Assembly (NCBI GenBank): GCA_963666315.2
Contig: CAXXHG010000008.1
Span: forward strand, 64,001 to 128,000
DNA length: 64,000 bases
Direction: 5' to 3'
Origin: Candidatus Binatia bacterium
GTDB lineage: Bacteria > Desulfobacterota > Binatia > Bin18
Numbering within the stretch: the stretch's first letter is position 1; each line of letters opens with the position of its first letter. A model generated the notes under the pieces. It did not search any database, was not told the DNA's origin, and saw only the letters and a list, made by a program, of their open reading frames with translations. The position numbers and the translations under genes were made by a program. This document shows, piece by piece, positions 1-9,983 of this stretch.

Positions 1-2499
1 GCCAAAGAGCAGCAGTATCAAGATCGACTCGCCTATGAACTCAATATTATCGGCGAAATGGGCTTTCCCAGCTATTTCCTGATCGTGGCCGATTTTATTG
101 GCTACGCCAAGTCTCAGGGCATTCCGGTCGGCCCCGGCCGCGGCTCAGCGGCAGGCAGTTTGGTTGCGTATGCACTCCGGATAACCGACGTTGACCCCAT
201 CTGTTACGAACTCCTCTTTGAACGATTTCTCAACCCTGGCCGTAAGAGCATGCCTGATATTGATGTGGACTTTTGCTACGTACGCCGGGATGAAGTTATT
301 CGGTATATCAAAGATAAATATGGCGAGGATAAAGTTGCCCAGATCATTACGTTTGGTACGCTGAAGGGCAAGCAGGCCATTAGAGACGTGGGCCGCGCAC
401 TCGAATTCTCGTATGCAGAGACTGACCGGATTGCCAAACTCTATCCCGCGCCAAAACAAGGCAAAGATCACCCCCTGGAAACGGCCTTGGGCATGGAACC
501 ACGCTTGCGTGAGGTCCGCGAACGGGGTGAGCGAGAACAGAAGCTGTTTGAGCATTCAATCAAGCTGGAAGGACTGCTGCGCCACGCCTCAAAGCATGCG
601 GCCGGCATAGTAATTTCTCCTTCCCCGCTCGTCGAGCACTTACCGCTGTATGTCGATAAAGAAAAGAATGTGCTGACCCAGTTCGCCGGTCCGGATGTGG
701 ATTCCATCGGTCTGATTAAGTTTGACTTCTTGGGTTTAAAGACATTGACCCTGGTGCATGATGTGGTCAAACGTATTAATGAAAGTCGGGACATTGACGT
801 TGACCTGAGTACGCTGCCGCTTGATGATCGGGCTACCTATCAATCACTGACGAAGGGCGATACGGTCGGTGTCTTCCAAATGGAGGGCAGCGGCATTCGC
901 AAGCTGATCACGCAGCTTAAACCGGGTTGTTTTGAAGACGTTTTTGCCGTCATCGCTCTCTTTCGACCGGGGCCGCTGGATAGCGGTGCAGCCGAACAGT
1001 TTATCAAGCGTAAAAACGGCAAAGAGCCGGTCTCGTATCCCCATCCATCGCTTGAGCCGGTGCTCAAAGAAACCTACGGCGTCACCATTTATCAAGAGCA
1101 GGTCATGCAGATTGCCCAGATACTGGCTGGATACTCTTTGAGCGATGCGGATAATCTGCGCCGCGCCATGGGCAAAAAGAAAAAAGAGGTGATGCAACAG
1201 GAACGGGCGAAGTTTCTTAAGGGTGCTGCACAGAATAAGATTAAGGATAAGCTCGCCGGCGAAGTTTTTGATGCCATGGAAACGTTTGCCGCCTACGGGT
1301 TTAATAAATCCCATGCGGCGTCTTACGCCTTGATCTCGTACCAAACCGCCTATCTCAAAACGCACTATCCCCCGGAGTTCATGGCCGGGCTGACGAGTCT
1401 GGAGATGGGCGACACAAATAAGACTTATAAAAATATTGCTGAATGCCGGGTGCACAATATCCCGGTCCTGCCACCGGACGTGAATGAGAGCGGGGAGAGT
1501 TTTACGGTCCGAGGAAAAACTCTGCGCTTTGGGCTGGGTGCAATCAAAGGTGTGGGCTCAAAAGCGATTGATGTGATTCAGACTGCACGCCAGGATGGGC
1601 CGTTTACCGATCTGTATGATTTTTGCACCAGGGTACACAACTCTCAAGTCAATAAGCGGGTAGTAGAAAATTTAATCAAATGTGGAGCGTGTGATGCCTT
1701 TGGCATGCCGCGCGCCCGACTCCTGGCCGGGGTGGAAGAGACGATGCGCTGGTCGGCTCTCAAAGCCAGTGGCGCCGGCAATGGGAACCAGATGGGACTC
1801 TTTTCCAGCGCAAACGGATCAACTGACCCTACGCATCCTGAGCTGCCCCAGATTGAAGAGTGGTCGGATATCGACAAACTCAACCGTGAGCGTGAAACCC
1901 TCGGCTTTTTTATTACGGGTCATCCGCTCGACAAATACGTGGGCCGGCTGCACGGTGTGATCTCGTCTACCACAGAAAAACTGAAGGGTCACGGCCACCA
2001 AGAAAAAGTGCGCTTAGCCGGGGTGATTCAGTCCCTGAAGCTGAAGAATAATAAAAAGGGCGACCGCTACGCGACGTTTACCTTCGAAGACAAAGCCGGC
2101 GGGGTCGAGGTCATTGTCTGGCCAGAGGCCTATCGTCGGCATGAAGCAGATATTCATTCCGACCAACCCATGTATTTGTGCGGTTCCCTGGATGTTGATG
2201 ACGAGCGATGTCAAATTATCGCCAATGAGATAGTCCCGTTGGACTCCGTTGCGAAGGATGAAGTCGAGCAAGTGCATATCCAAGTACCAGCAGATATCGC
2301 AACAAAAGAAGATTTTGTCGCACTCCGTTCGGTCCTGACTGAGCATCAAGGCCAGTGTCATACGTTTCTCCATCTTTTGCGGCCTGATCAGACAGAAACG
2401 GTCATTGCACTTCCCGAGCAACTCAAGGTCGCGCCAACGGATGCCATGCTGGCGGCCGTTGAGCAGTTGTTCGGCAGCGGAGTTGCGTCGTTTCACTAG
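1..2499 (+). CDS. dnaE: DNA polymerase III alpha subunit (5' end outside window)
   Basis: [17 protein letters not shown] catalytic motif, KFDFLGL, YQEQVM, YGFNKSH and C-terminal OB fold. Frame is open from base 1. Confidence 0.98.
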   Translation, partial: AKEQQYQDRLAYELNIIGEMGFPSYFLIVADFIGYAKSQGIPVGPGRGSAAGSLVAYALRITDVDPICYELLFERFLNPGRKSMPDIDVDFCYVRRDEVIRYIKDKYGEDKVAQIITFGTLKGKQAIRDVGRALEFSYAETDRIAKLYPAPKQGKDHPLETALGMEPRLREVRERGEREQKLFEHSIKLEGLLRHASKHAAGIVISPSPLVEHLPLYVDKEKNVLTQFAGPDVDSIGLIKFDFLGLKTLTLVHDVVKRINESRDIDVDLSTLPLDDRATYQSLTKGDTVGVFQMEGSGIRKLITQLKPGCFEDVFAVIALFRPGPLDSGAAEQFIKRKNGKEPVSYPHPSLEPVLKETYGVTIYQEQVMQIAQILAGYSLSDADNLRRAMGKKKKEVMQQERAKFLKGAAQNKIKDKLAGEVFDAMETFAAYGFNKSHAASYALISYQTAYLKTHYPPEFMAGLTSLEMGDTNKTYKNIAECRVHNIPVLPPDVNESGESFTVRGKTLRFGLGAIKGVGSKAIDVIQTARQDGPFTDLYDFCTRVHNSQVNKRVVENLIKCGACDAFGMPRARLLAGVEETMRWSALKASGAGNGNQMGLFSSANGSTDPTHPELPQIEEWSDIDKLNRERETLGFFITGHPLDKYVGRLHGVISSTTEKLKGHGHQEKVRLAGVIQSLKLKNNKKGDRYATFTFEDKAGGVEVIVWPEAYRRHEADIHSDQPMYLCGSLDVDDERCQIIANEIVPLDSVAKDEVEQVHIQVPADIATKEDFVALRSVLTEHQGQCHTFLHLLRPDQTETVIALPEQLKVAPTDAMLAAVEQLFGSGVASFH

Positions 2500-2528
2500 G
2501 CTGGCGTAGGAGAGGAGAAAGGACCCGA

Positions 2529-3905
2529 TTGCCTGTGTCTGGACGTCGCCGTCGGAATAATCACGAACAGACACCAACGCCGGAGCAGGCTTTTCTCGTC
2601 GGTGTTGAGTGGCCTCAGAATCAGAGGCGTCAGGATGGCAATGCAGGCGCACCGCATTTTACGGCTGTTGAATCCATTGCTGAGCTAGCGCGCTTAAGTG
2701 AGACTGCCGGACTGACCGTCTCAGGTCACGCGATTCAACTCTTACGCAAGGGCGTGCATCCCGCATCGTTTATCGGCGCCGGGAAGGTTGCTGAAGTCAA
2801 GCGTCTCAGCCAGGAAGTCGAAGCCGGGGTTGTTATCTTCGACGATAGTCTGTCGCCGGCTCAGCAGAGAAATTTGGAGCGTGATCTGTGTTGTAAGGTC
2901 ATAGACCGCAGCCAACTCATCCTCGATATTTTTGCACAACGGGCCCAAAGTCGGGCGGGCAAGCTGCAGGTCGAACTCGCTCAGCTCGAATACCTGCGTC
3001 CCCGCTTAACCCGCCAGTGGACCCATTTATCTCGACTTGGTGGTGGGGTGGGAACACGCGGTCCAGGAGAATCCCAGCTTGAGGTCGACCGTCGGCGTAT
3101 CCGAGAGCGCATTGCCACCCTGCGGCGCAAACTGCGAGAAGTAGAACGAACACGGTCGCTGCATCGGCACGAGCGGGAGCGGGTACCCTTTCCCTGCGTC
3201 GCGTTGGTCGGTTATACCAATGCCGGGAAGTCCACCCTGATGAATCGACTGACCCAAGCTGGTGTTTTTGTCGAAGATACGCTCTTTGCCACGCTTGATC
3301 CGACCAGTCGTCGCTTTGCGCTGCCGGACGGACAGCCCGCGATTGTTATTGATACCGTCGGGTTTATTAATAAACTGCCGCATCAACTGGTGGACTCTTT
3401 TAAAAGTACCCTTGAAGAAGTCCGGACGGCTGACCTGCTCTTGCACGTTATTGATGCGACCCATCCACGCTGGCTTGAGCAGCAGATGGTTGTTGAGCAC
3501 GTGTTGGACGAGATCGGGGCCGGGCAGCAGCCGACGATTACCGTCTTGAATAAAATCGACAGCCTGCCTCACGGGGGTGATGCCGAGGTGCGAGACGACG
3601 GAAAGTTCGCCCCTTCTCTACAAGTGAATAGCCAGGAGCTGAACTCTGGCGGGATGTATCGTGTGTCCGCGAAGAAGGGCACGGGTGTCCCTCCGTTATT
3701 GGAGGAAATCGCGCGCCGGCTCACCGCTGATCAGAATCTCATCCAGCTGGAATTGCCGCTTGGAAGCGGCGAGCTCCTAGCCTGGTTGCGGCGCAGTGGC
3801 ACAGTGCTAGAAGAAACGTATACGGATACCTGTGTGCAGGTGGCCGCTCGTGTATCAGCTAAAGTGGCGGGACAACTGCAGAAGCGACTGGTGCTGGACG
3901 GCTGA
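2529..3905 (+). CDS. hflX: GTPase HflX
   Basis: [20 protein letters not shown]1 [23 protein letters not shown]. Start approximate. Confidence 0.96.
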   Translation: MPVSGRRRRNNHEQTPTPEQAFLVGVEWPQNQRRQDGNAGAPHFTAVESIAELARLSETAGLTVSGHAIQLLRKGVHPASFIGAGKVAEVKRLSQEVEAGVVIFDDSLSPAQQRNLERDLCCKVIDRSQLILDIFAQRAQSRAGKLQVELAQLEYLRPRLTRQWTHLSRLGGGVGTRGPGESQLEVDRRRIRERIATLRRKLREVERTRSLHRHERERVPFPCVALVGYTNAGKSTLMNRLTQAGVFVEDTLFATLDPTSRRFALPDGQPAIVIDTVGFINKLPHQLVDSFKSTLEEVRTADLLLHVIDATHPRWLEQQMVVEHVLDEIGAGQQPTITVLNKIDSLPHGGDAEVRDDGKFAPSLQVNSQELNSGGMYRVSAKKGTGVPPLLEEIARRLTADQNLIQLELPLGSGELLAWLRRSGTVLEETYTDTCVQVAARVSAKVAGQLQKRLVLDG

Positions 3906-3926
3906 GACGATAGTGAAAGGGATCTG

Positions 3927-4499
3927 TTGCAACCGGTGTTTTCTGTGCTGAATCTTCCGAACTTTATCACCTTTTTGCGCATCGGGGCCATTCCGATCTT
4001 TCTTATTCTCTTGACGGACGAGCGATATACCGAGGCGCTCGTTGTCTTTATTTTTGCTGGTATCACTGATTCGCTTGATGGTCTGGTCGCCCGTTTGATG
4101 GACTCGCGCACGACGCTGGGTGCTTTCATTGACCCACTGGCTGACAAACTCCTGCTGATCAGCTCTTTTGTCATTCTCGCCTTCTTAGGGTTCATTCCGC
4201 GTTGGTTGACCGTGCTGGTCATCAGTCGCGATGTTATTATTTTGAGCGGCTTTATCGTCCTGTTCTTTGTCACGGGTCACTCGATTGAAGTCCGTCCCAG
4301 TTTCGTGGGGAAAGCCTGTACATTTTTTCAATTACTGACCGTAATTTTAACCCTGGTGGCGCTTCACAACGCGAACTGGACGTACCCGCTGGTGTGGCAT
4401 CTTACCCTGACTCTGGCCGGTGCCGCGACGGTCATATCGGGCTTGCAATATTTGTCTCGCGCCCTGGTGTGGTTCAACCAGCAAGAGGATGTTCCCTAA
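3927..4499 (+). CDS. CDP-alcohol phosphatidyltransferase (PgsA/cardiolipin synthase-like)
   Basis: NLPNFITFLR, DSLDGLVAR..G..IDPLADK signature, hydrophobic helices. Confidence 0.92.
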   Translation: MQPVFSVLNLPNFITFLRIGAIPIFLILLTDERYTEALVVFIFAGITDSLDGLVARLMDSRTTLGAFIDPLADKLLLISSFVILAFLGFIPRWLTVLVISRDVIILSGFIVLFFVTGHSIEVRPSFVGKACTFFQLLTVILTLVALHNANWTYPLVWHLTLTLAGAATVISGLQYLSRALVWFNQQEDVP

Positions 4500-4588
4500 C
4501 GCAGGGACGGGGACCGTTGGTTGAGTAGGCTGCGGGGGGTTGCTAAGCTGCCCGTCTGCTGCATACAACGAATGGCCCGGAGGAGGGG

Positions 4589-5362
4589 GTGAGGATTGTG
4601 ATCCAGGTATTTCCCCGTATCGACAATACCAAATTAATGGACCTGTTTCGGAAGGGAGTCGCCGGCCAGTGGTCGGCAACCGAAATTGACTGGACCCGCC
4701 CACCGACCCTCGACCGCCATGAGAAGCGGGCTTTTGCGATGGTATTGACCCCGATTTACTTAGGTGAGCAAATGGCCATGATCGGGGCCAGCACGGCCAT
4801 TCCGCAGTGCTTTGCCGCGCATGAGACTGAGGCGCAGTTGTATTTGTCGACTTTCCTCCTTGATGAGGCCCGCCATTTTGAGACACTGACCCGCTTCTAC
4901 AACACGCTCAATGAACGCCCGCTTGAAGTCCGTGAATTACGAGACATGTTCCGCTATCAAGCACGTTTGTTCAAGTCGCGCGACCGGGTCGAGTGGTTGT
5001 GGGGCATTCTGCTGAGCGATATTCTTGCCCGTCATTTTTACAGCATACTCGCAAAAGCCCATCCGGACTCTCTGTTTGCGCAAATTGCCGGGCGCATTTT
5101 ACGGGACGAAGCCCGCCATCTCGCCTTTGCCGAGCTGTATTTGCGAGCGGCATTAGAACGTGAGCCGGAGCGTGGACCCGGTTTTCTCCGGACGCGGGAT
5201 GAACTCTTACGCTTAATGGAATCAATCTATGCTGCCCTCAAATCTGAGGCTGTCCTCATAGGCATAGACGGACAGACACTGTTCAATGCCATAAATCGTG
5301 ATATCGAGAACAAAGTCAAACGGTTGCGCCTGCGCGAGGAAGAGGATTCGGCAGCGATATGA
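4589..5362 (+). CDS. Ferritin-like di-iron carboxylate protein (AurF/aldehyde-deformylase-like superfamily), function unknown
   Basis: WSATEIDW N-terminal motif and GE...DEARH...SD...DEARH, i.e. two ExxH iron-ligand motifs. GTG start follows GGAGG. Confidence 0.8.
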   Translation: MRIVIQVFPRIDNTKLMDLFRKGVAGQWSATEIDWTRPPTLDRHEKRAFAMVLTPIYLGEQMAMIGASTAIPQCFAAHETEAQLYLSTFLLDEARHFETLTRFYNTLNERPLEVRELRDMFRYQARLFKSRDRVEWLWGILLSDILARHFYSILAKAHPDSLFAQIAGRILRDEARHLAFAELYLRAALEREPERGPGFLRTRDELLRLMESIYAALKSEAVLIGIDGQTLFNAINRDIENKVKRLRLREEEDSAAI

Positions 5363-6687
5363 AGGTCGCCGCTCAGCCGGCGGACGCTGTTCCTCCGGCG
5401 GACGCCCCTCGGCCGCGTATGTCGCGCTGGCCACGCGGGAATAAACCTGAGTGGATTGCCGAACGTCAAGAAGTGCTGCGCGCTTTACCGCACTGGGATG
5501 CTGAACATCAGCACGTCTTGGATGGACCGCTCTCCGCGCTCACTCCGTTTCAGGAATGTCTCACCGGCCAGATGACGCTGCCCGTCGGGGTGGTCGGCCC
5601 TGTGGTGCTCAATTGCGGTCAATACCAGTGTGATCCGAAAGGCAAACTCCGCGAGCTAGGGCGGGAAGACCGCCAGGTCTATGTCCCCTTGGCACATACC
5701 GAGGGCGGCCTGTCGGCATCGATACAGCGTGGCGTGAAGGCCGTCGCGCTTGCCGGTGGGGTGCGAACGCAGGTGCTGGCGGATCGTATCACGCGCGGGT
5801 CTTGTTTTGTATTTTCGTCAACGCACGAAGCCGTCGTCCTGGCTGAGTGGGTGAGTGAGCATATGGAAGAAATGATTTCCTGGCTTACAGATCCGGATAA
5901 TCCGCTGCTCTCCCAACAGGTGAATAAAACCGCCGTACTGAGCCGGCATGCGGTGCTGCATGAAGTCGAGACCCACGTCATCGGACCGATGTGCCACGTC
6001 CTGTATCGGTTCACCACTGGGGACGCCTGTGGACCGAATATGATGACGCGCAACGCGTACGCGCTCAATCACGCCTATATCCTGGAGCGCTTCCCGATCG
6101 ACTCCGGCATCACGCCGCTCCGGATTTTTTTGGAAGCCAATATGGGCGGGGATAAAAAACCGAGCCATGCCTTTTTTCAGTTCTCCGGCCACGGCAAGGT
6201 TGTGCATGCTGAGGTCACCGTGCCTGATACGGTGCTGCGACGGGTGTTACGTGTGGCCGGGGTGGATATTCTGGCCTTGGAACACGCCGGACTGCACGGG
6301 GCGCATGCGAGTGGTATGCAGTCGTTCGCCTTTACCCCGGCCTCGGCTATTGCCGCCATTTTTGCTGCAACCGGACAAGATCTGGGGATGGTCGGGACGA
6401 GTAGTATGGCCCAGGTGACAGCAACCGCCGTGACGAGGGGATTGCATCTGTCCATTCGATTTGCCGGACTCGAAGTCGGCACCCTGGGCGGTGGAACCAG
6501 CCTGCCGCATGCGCGCTCGTATCTCCAACTGCTGGACTGCTGGGGTGAGGGCAAAGTCTACCGGTTTGCCCAGATCATTGCCGCGACGGCCCTGTGTCTT
6601 GAACTGTCGGCCTCGGCGAGTATGGCCACGGATGGCAGTCGTAATTTTCTGCAGGCCCATTCTGCGCGGGGCGGGTTGCGGGAATAA
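5359..6687 (+). CDS. Divergent class I-type HMG-CoA reductase-like protein
   Basis: LPVGVVGP, VPLAHTEGGL, ITRG, TGDACGPNM, GDKK, ATGQD, VGTLGGGT, LELS and C-terminal His. ATGA overlap with the upstream gene. Confidence 0.85.
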   Translation: MKVAAQPADAVPPADAPRPRMSRWPRGNKPEWIAERQEVLRALPHWDAEHQHVLDGPLSALTPFQECLTGQMTLPVGVVGPVVLNCGQYQCDPKGKLRELGREDRQVYVPLAHTEGGLSASIQRGVKAVALAGGVRTQVLADRITRGSCFVFSSTHEAVVLAEWVSEHMEEMISWLTDPDNPLLSQQVNKTAVLSRHAVLHEVETHVIGPMCHVLYRFTTGDACGPNMMTRNAYALNHAYILERFPIDSGITPLRIFLEANMGGDKKPSHAFFQFSGHGKVVHAEVTVPDTVLRRVLRVAGVDILALEHAGLHGAHASGMQSFAFTPASAIAAIFAATGQDLGMVGTSSMAQVTATAVTRGLHLSIRFAGLEVGTLGGGTSLPHARSYLQLLDCWGEGKVYRFAQIIAATALCLELSASASMATDGSRNFLQAHSARGGLRE

Positions 6688-6697
6688 CCAGACTTTT

Positions 6698-6723
6698 GTA
6701 AGGGTGGTTCACGAACCCCCTAT
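6698..6723. repeat. Degenerate GTAG-family REP-like palindrome
   Basis: GTAAGGGTGGTTCACGAACCCCCTAT. Core GGTTC..GAACC is shared with the element at 14755. Confidence 0.6.
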
Positions 6724-6740
6724 CAGGGGAATATTCTTAT

Positions 6741-7634
6741 ATGGCTACCCCTCTCATGCGTCTCATCGTGAATCCGACCGCCGGCGGCGGGAAAGGCGTT
6801 GCCATTGCACACCAAGTCAGCCGAGAGCTCAAGCAGCGCCAGCTGAAACACGAAGTCTTGTATAGTCGCGCACCGACTGAGCCCAGGCTGTTGGCGGGTC
6901 GGGCTGTAGAAGCAGGCTGCTCCCTGGTGGTCGGCATTGGGGGTGATGGCTTATTGAGTGCGGTAGCAAACGTCTTAGTTGGCACGGACACCGCCCTAGG
7001 GATTATTCCTGCCGGACGGGGCAACGACATTGCGCGCGGCCTTGGTCTTCCGCTCGGTATCCCTGCGGCGTGTCAGGTATTGGCGCAACAACAGATGCAA
7101 CGGATTGATGTCGGCCAGGCGCATGATACCTATTTCTTCTCGGTCGCCCTGATGGGTGTAGCGGCCGACATTAATCGTCGCGCGAATCGGCTGGGACGGT
7201 TCCGGATCAATGCCATCTACTCCCTGCTGACTGTTGTTTCGGTTTTTTTATCTTCTCCTCGGGCCTTTACCATCAGTTGTGATGGACGTGAGCAACGCTG
7301 CTATAGCTGGCTTATTGCCGTCGGTAACACCTGGAGTTCTGGCCGGGGGATGAAACTCGTTCCTGGGGCGAGGGTGGATGACGGTGTCTTAGATACCTGT
7401 CTGGCGCATGGCATGGGGCGGCTGGAGCTTTTGCTGCGGGTCTTTCCGCGTGTGTTCCGCGGGACGCACGTCTACCTGACCGGTATTGAGAGTTTGCGAG
7501 GCAGGGAAATGGTGATCAGTGCGGATAGCCCGTGTGATATCTATGCGGATGGTGAACGGATCGGCCCGTTACCTGTCACACTCCGAGCGATTCCGCAGGC
7601 CCTGAAGGTCATTCTCCCCGCAGACTATCATTAA
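6741..7634 (+). CDS. Diacylglycerol kinase-family lipid kinase (YegS/Rv2252/BmrU)
   Basis: IVNPTAGGG, GGDG, IPAGRGNDIAR, DDG, ADGE motifs. Confidence 0.92.
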   Translation: MATPLMRLIVNPTAGGGKGVAIAHQVSRELKQRQLKHEVLYSRAPTEPRLLAGRAVEAGCSLVVGIGGDGLLSAVANVLVGTDTALGIIPAGRGNDIARGLGLPLGIPAACQVLAQQQMQRIDVGQAHDTYFFSVALMGVAADINRRANRLGRFRINAIYSLLTVVSVFLSSPRAFTISCDGREQRCYSWLIAVGNTWSSGRGMKLVPGARVDDGVLDTCLAHGMGRLELLLRVFPRVFRGTHVYLTGIESLRGREMVISADSPCDIYADGERIGPLPVTLRAIPQALKVILPADYH

Positions 7635-7712
7635 GTATGAAAGTCGTGGGGGATATGGTACACGAGCGGCATATACACTGGTAACCGCACAAGCAGAAAA
7701 AGGGGAGATAGC

Positions 7713-8493
7713 ATGGCCTGTAAGGAAGAATTCCTTGACGTACGCGGAAAGAAAATTCAAATGCTCTCCGGCGGCTCTGGGGACCCGTTGCTCTACTTAC
7801 ACAGCGCTGGGGGGGGAAGTTGTCTGGCTGCCTTTTTTCGAACAGCTTTCCCAGCACTACACCGTCTATGTTCCGGGCCACCCGGGATTCAGCCAGTCTG
7901 AAGGGCTGGATCAAATCGATAGCATAGAAGATTTGGTCTTCCACTATACAGACCTGATGGATCAAATCGGCCTCGACCAGCCCTATGTGGTAGGTTTGTC
8001 GTTGGGCGGTTGGTTGGCGGCTGAATTGGCAACGCGATATGCGAATCGCATAAAAAAATTAGCCTTGGTCAATCCCGTGGGATTGCGCGTACCCGGGTCC
8101 CCCATGGCGGATATTTTTGCGGCAAACCCACAGGAAACCCGTCAGCTGGTTTTTCATGATCCGGACTCTGAGCTAGCCAAGACGTTTATCCCGGACGAAC
8201 CGTCTCAGGAAGTACTCGAAAATGCTCTGCGGGCGCGAGAGGCGACTGCCCGGGTAGGCTGGAATCCCTATCTATCCAATCCTAAGCTGCGGGGTCGATT
8301 GTATCGCATTACGGTTCCGACTGTGATTGTGTGGGGAGAGTCGGATCGTCTGGTCCCGGTCGAGCATAGCCGAGCGTATCATGAGGGTATTGCCGGCTCA
8401 CAGCTCATCATGCTGCCCGAGTGTGGCCATACCCCACCGTTTGAAAAGCCGCGAGAGACGGCGCAACATTTGGCAGAATTTTTTCAGGCCTGA
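7713..8493 (+). CDS. Alpha/beta hydrolase, split by a frameshift in a G8 run (7809-7816)
   Basis: ORF 7713 (..PLLYLHSAGG) joins ORF 7735 (EVVWLPF..GLSLGG..GESD..CGH) if one G is removed. RBS GGGGAG precedes 7713. Confidence 0.85.
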
Positions 8494-8497
8494 CGAA

Positions 8498-8529
8498 ACG
8501 GGCATACAACGGACTCCGCCATGCCCCGT
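8498..8529. repeat. REP-like or terminator-like hairpin
   Basis: ACGGGCAT...ATGCCCCGT imperfect inverted repeat right after the hydrolase stop. Confidence 0.4.
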
Positions 8530-8582
8530 GGCATACTCATGTCTCGCTCTTCTTAAAATACACAGGCGTACAGCTGAACAAT

Positions 8583-9236
8583 ATGGACAAGCTGAATCAG
8601 CCTTTTACCCGCGAGATGTTTGATCGTTTGGACGAAAACGACGATGGGCTCTTCTATACCGCCCCGCGCAAGCTGGTGCATATTGACGCAGGAGCCATTT
8701 CCGCAGCTGGCCAATGTATGGCTAAAACCTTTGCCCCAAACGGCCTCTTGCTCGACTTGATGAGTAGCTGGCGGTCACATCTGCCTGAGGGGTTTGTGAA
8801 GCAAAAATTGCTTGGACTCGGACTGAACGCTGAGGAGATGGCAGACAATCCGGACTTGGACGAGTATATTGTTCACAATCTGAATGCCTACTCCCAGCTC
8901 CCGTTTCCTGACGCCTATTTCGATGGCGTGGTCGTGACGGTTTCGATCCAATACATCATCAAACCGGTTGCAGTCTTTGCTGAGGTCAATCGGGTCTTAA
9001 AGATCGGTCGCCCTTTCCTGGTTCTGTACTCCAATCGCATGTTTCCAACCAAGGCTGTGCGCGTATGGCAAATGCTCCGCGATACAGGCCGGGCCGAGCT
9101 CATCCAGGCGTATTTCCACCAGGCTGGTGGATATGCTGAAGCCGTCTTCGAGGACTGGAGCCCCAACCCTGGAGCGTCTGACCCGCTGTTCGCTGTATCC
9201 GCGTGCAGGCGGGAGGAATCAGGCCCGACGGCTTAA
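8583..9236 (+). CDS. Class I SAM-dependent methyltransferase (type 11)
   Basis: FYTAPRKLVHID, LDLMSSWRSHLP, GLGLN, FD..TVSIQY, SNRMFPTKA family motifs. Confidence 0.85.
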   Translation: MDKLNQPFTREMFDRLDENDDGLFYTAPRKLVHIDAGAISAAGQCMAKTFAPNGLLLDLMSSWRSHLPEGFVKQKLLGLGLNAEEMADNPDLDEYIVHNLNAYSQLPFPDAYFDGVVVTVSIQYIIKPVAVFAEVNRVLKIGRPFLVLYSNRMFPTKAVRVWQMLRDTGRAELIQAYFHQAGGYAEAVFEDWSPNPGASDPLFAVSACRREESGPTA

Positions 9237-9320
9237 TACTAAAGAAGACGCGAGGCTTCCCGCCTGATCTATCCGAAAATTATTGTCGAGCAAGAGCTGT
9301 GGCAACACGGGCTACTCGTT

Positions 9321-9911
9321 GTGGCCGGAGTCGATGAGGTCGGGATGGGGCCGCTCGCCGGTCCGGTGGTTGCTGCGGCTGCCGTTTTCCCCCCCACTAT
9401 TATGGAAGACACGGAGGACAGGCAAGATACGAAAGATGGTCTGCCTGAGGCGTTCCCCCAAGGTGTGCGTGATTCCAAGACCCTGACTCCCAAGGCACGC
9501 GCACGTCTTGAGATAGAAATTCGTCGGATCGCGACCGGCCTGGGTATTGGTATAGTGGATGAAAAGGAGATTGATCGCATCAATATTTATCAGGCCGGGC
9601 TTAAGGCCATGCGTTTAGCGCTGGAGCAACTGCCGGTTGTTCCTGAACATGTTCTGATTGACTGGCGCGTCCTCAAAGATAGTCCCTGGCCGCAGTCCTC
9701 CTTTAAGAAGGGCGACCGTGATGTCTATTCCATTGCCGCAGCTTCTATCATTGCCAAGACCTATCGTGATCGTCTCATGACTGATCTTGATCGCAAATAT
9801 CCGGAGTACGGCTTTGCCCATCACATGGGCTACGGCACGGTTGCTCACCGTATAGCGTTACGCGAGCATGGGCCGTGTCCCGCCCATCGGCGCTCATTTC
9901 GTTTGCTTTAG
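9321..9911 (+). CDS. rnhB: Ribonuclease HII (start uncertain; coding-like sequence extends back to 9243)
   Basis: AGVDEVGMGPLAGPV, DSK, KGD..SIAAASIIAK, GYGT..H, HRRSF. Confidence 0.93.
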   Translation: MAGVDEVGMGPLAGPVVAAAAVFPPTIMEDTEDRQDTKDGLPEAFPQGVRDSKTLTPKARARLEIEIRRIATGLGIGIVDEKEIDRINIYQAGLKAMRLALEQLPVVPEHVLIDWRVLKDSPWPQSSFKKGDRDVYSIAAASIIAKTYRDRLMTDLDRKYPEYGFAHHMGYGTVAHRIALREHGPCPAHRRSFRLL

Positions 9912-9983
9912 CCGTTTGCTCTAGATGCCTTTTCAGCGTAACCTCAAGGCAGATATACTGATCCAAAGACGAGGAGGGATGGT

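Noticed and set aside
3927-4499. Treating the CDP-alcohol phosphatidyltransferase as a definite member of the di-iron/HMGR cassette
   Set aside because: It is tightly linked to dnaE-hflX and separated from the cassette by 89 bp, so it may be housekeeping. Kept only as a possible partner.
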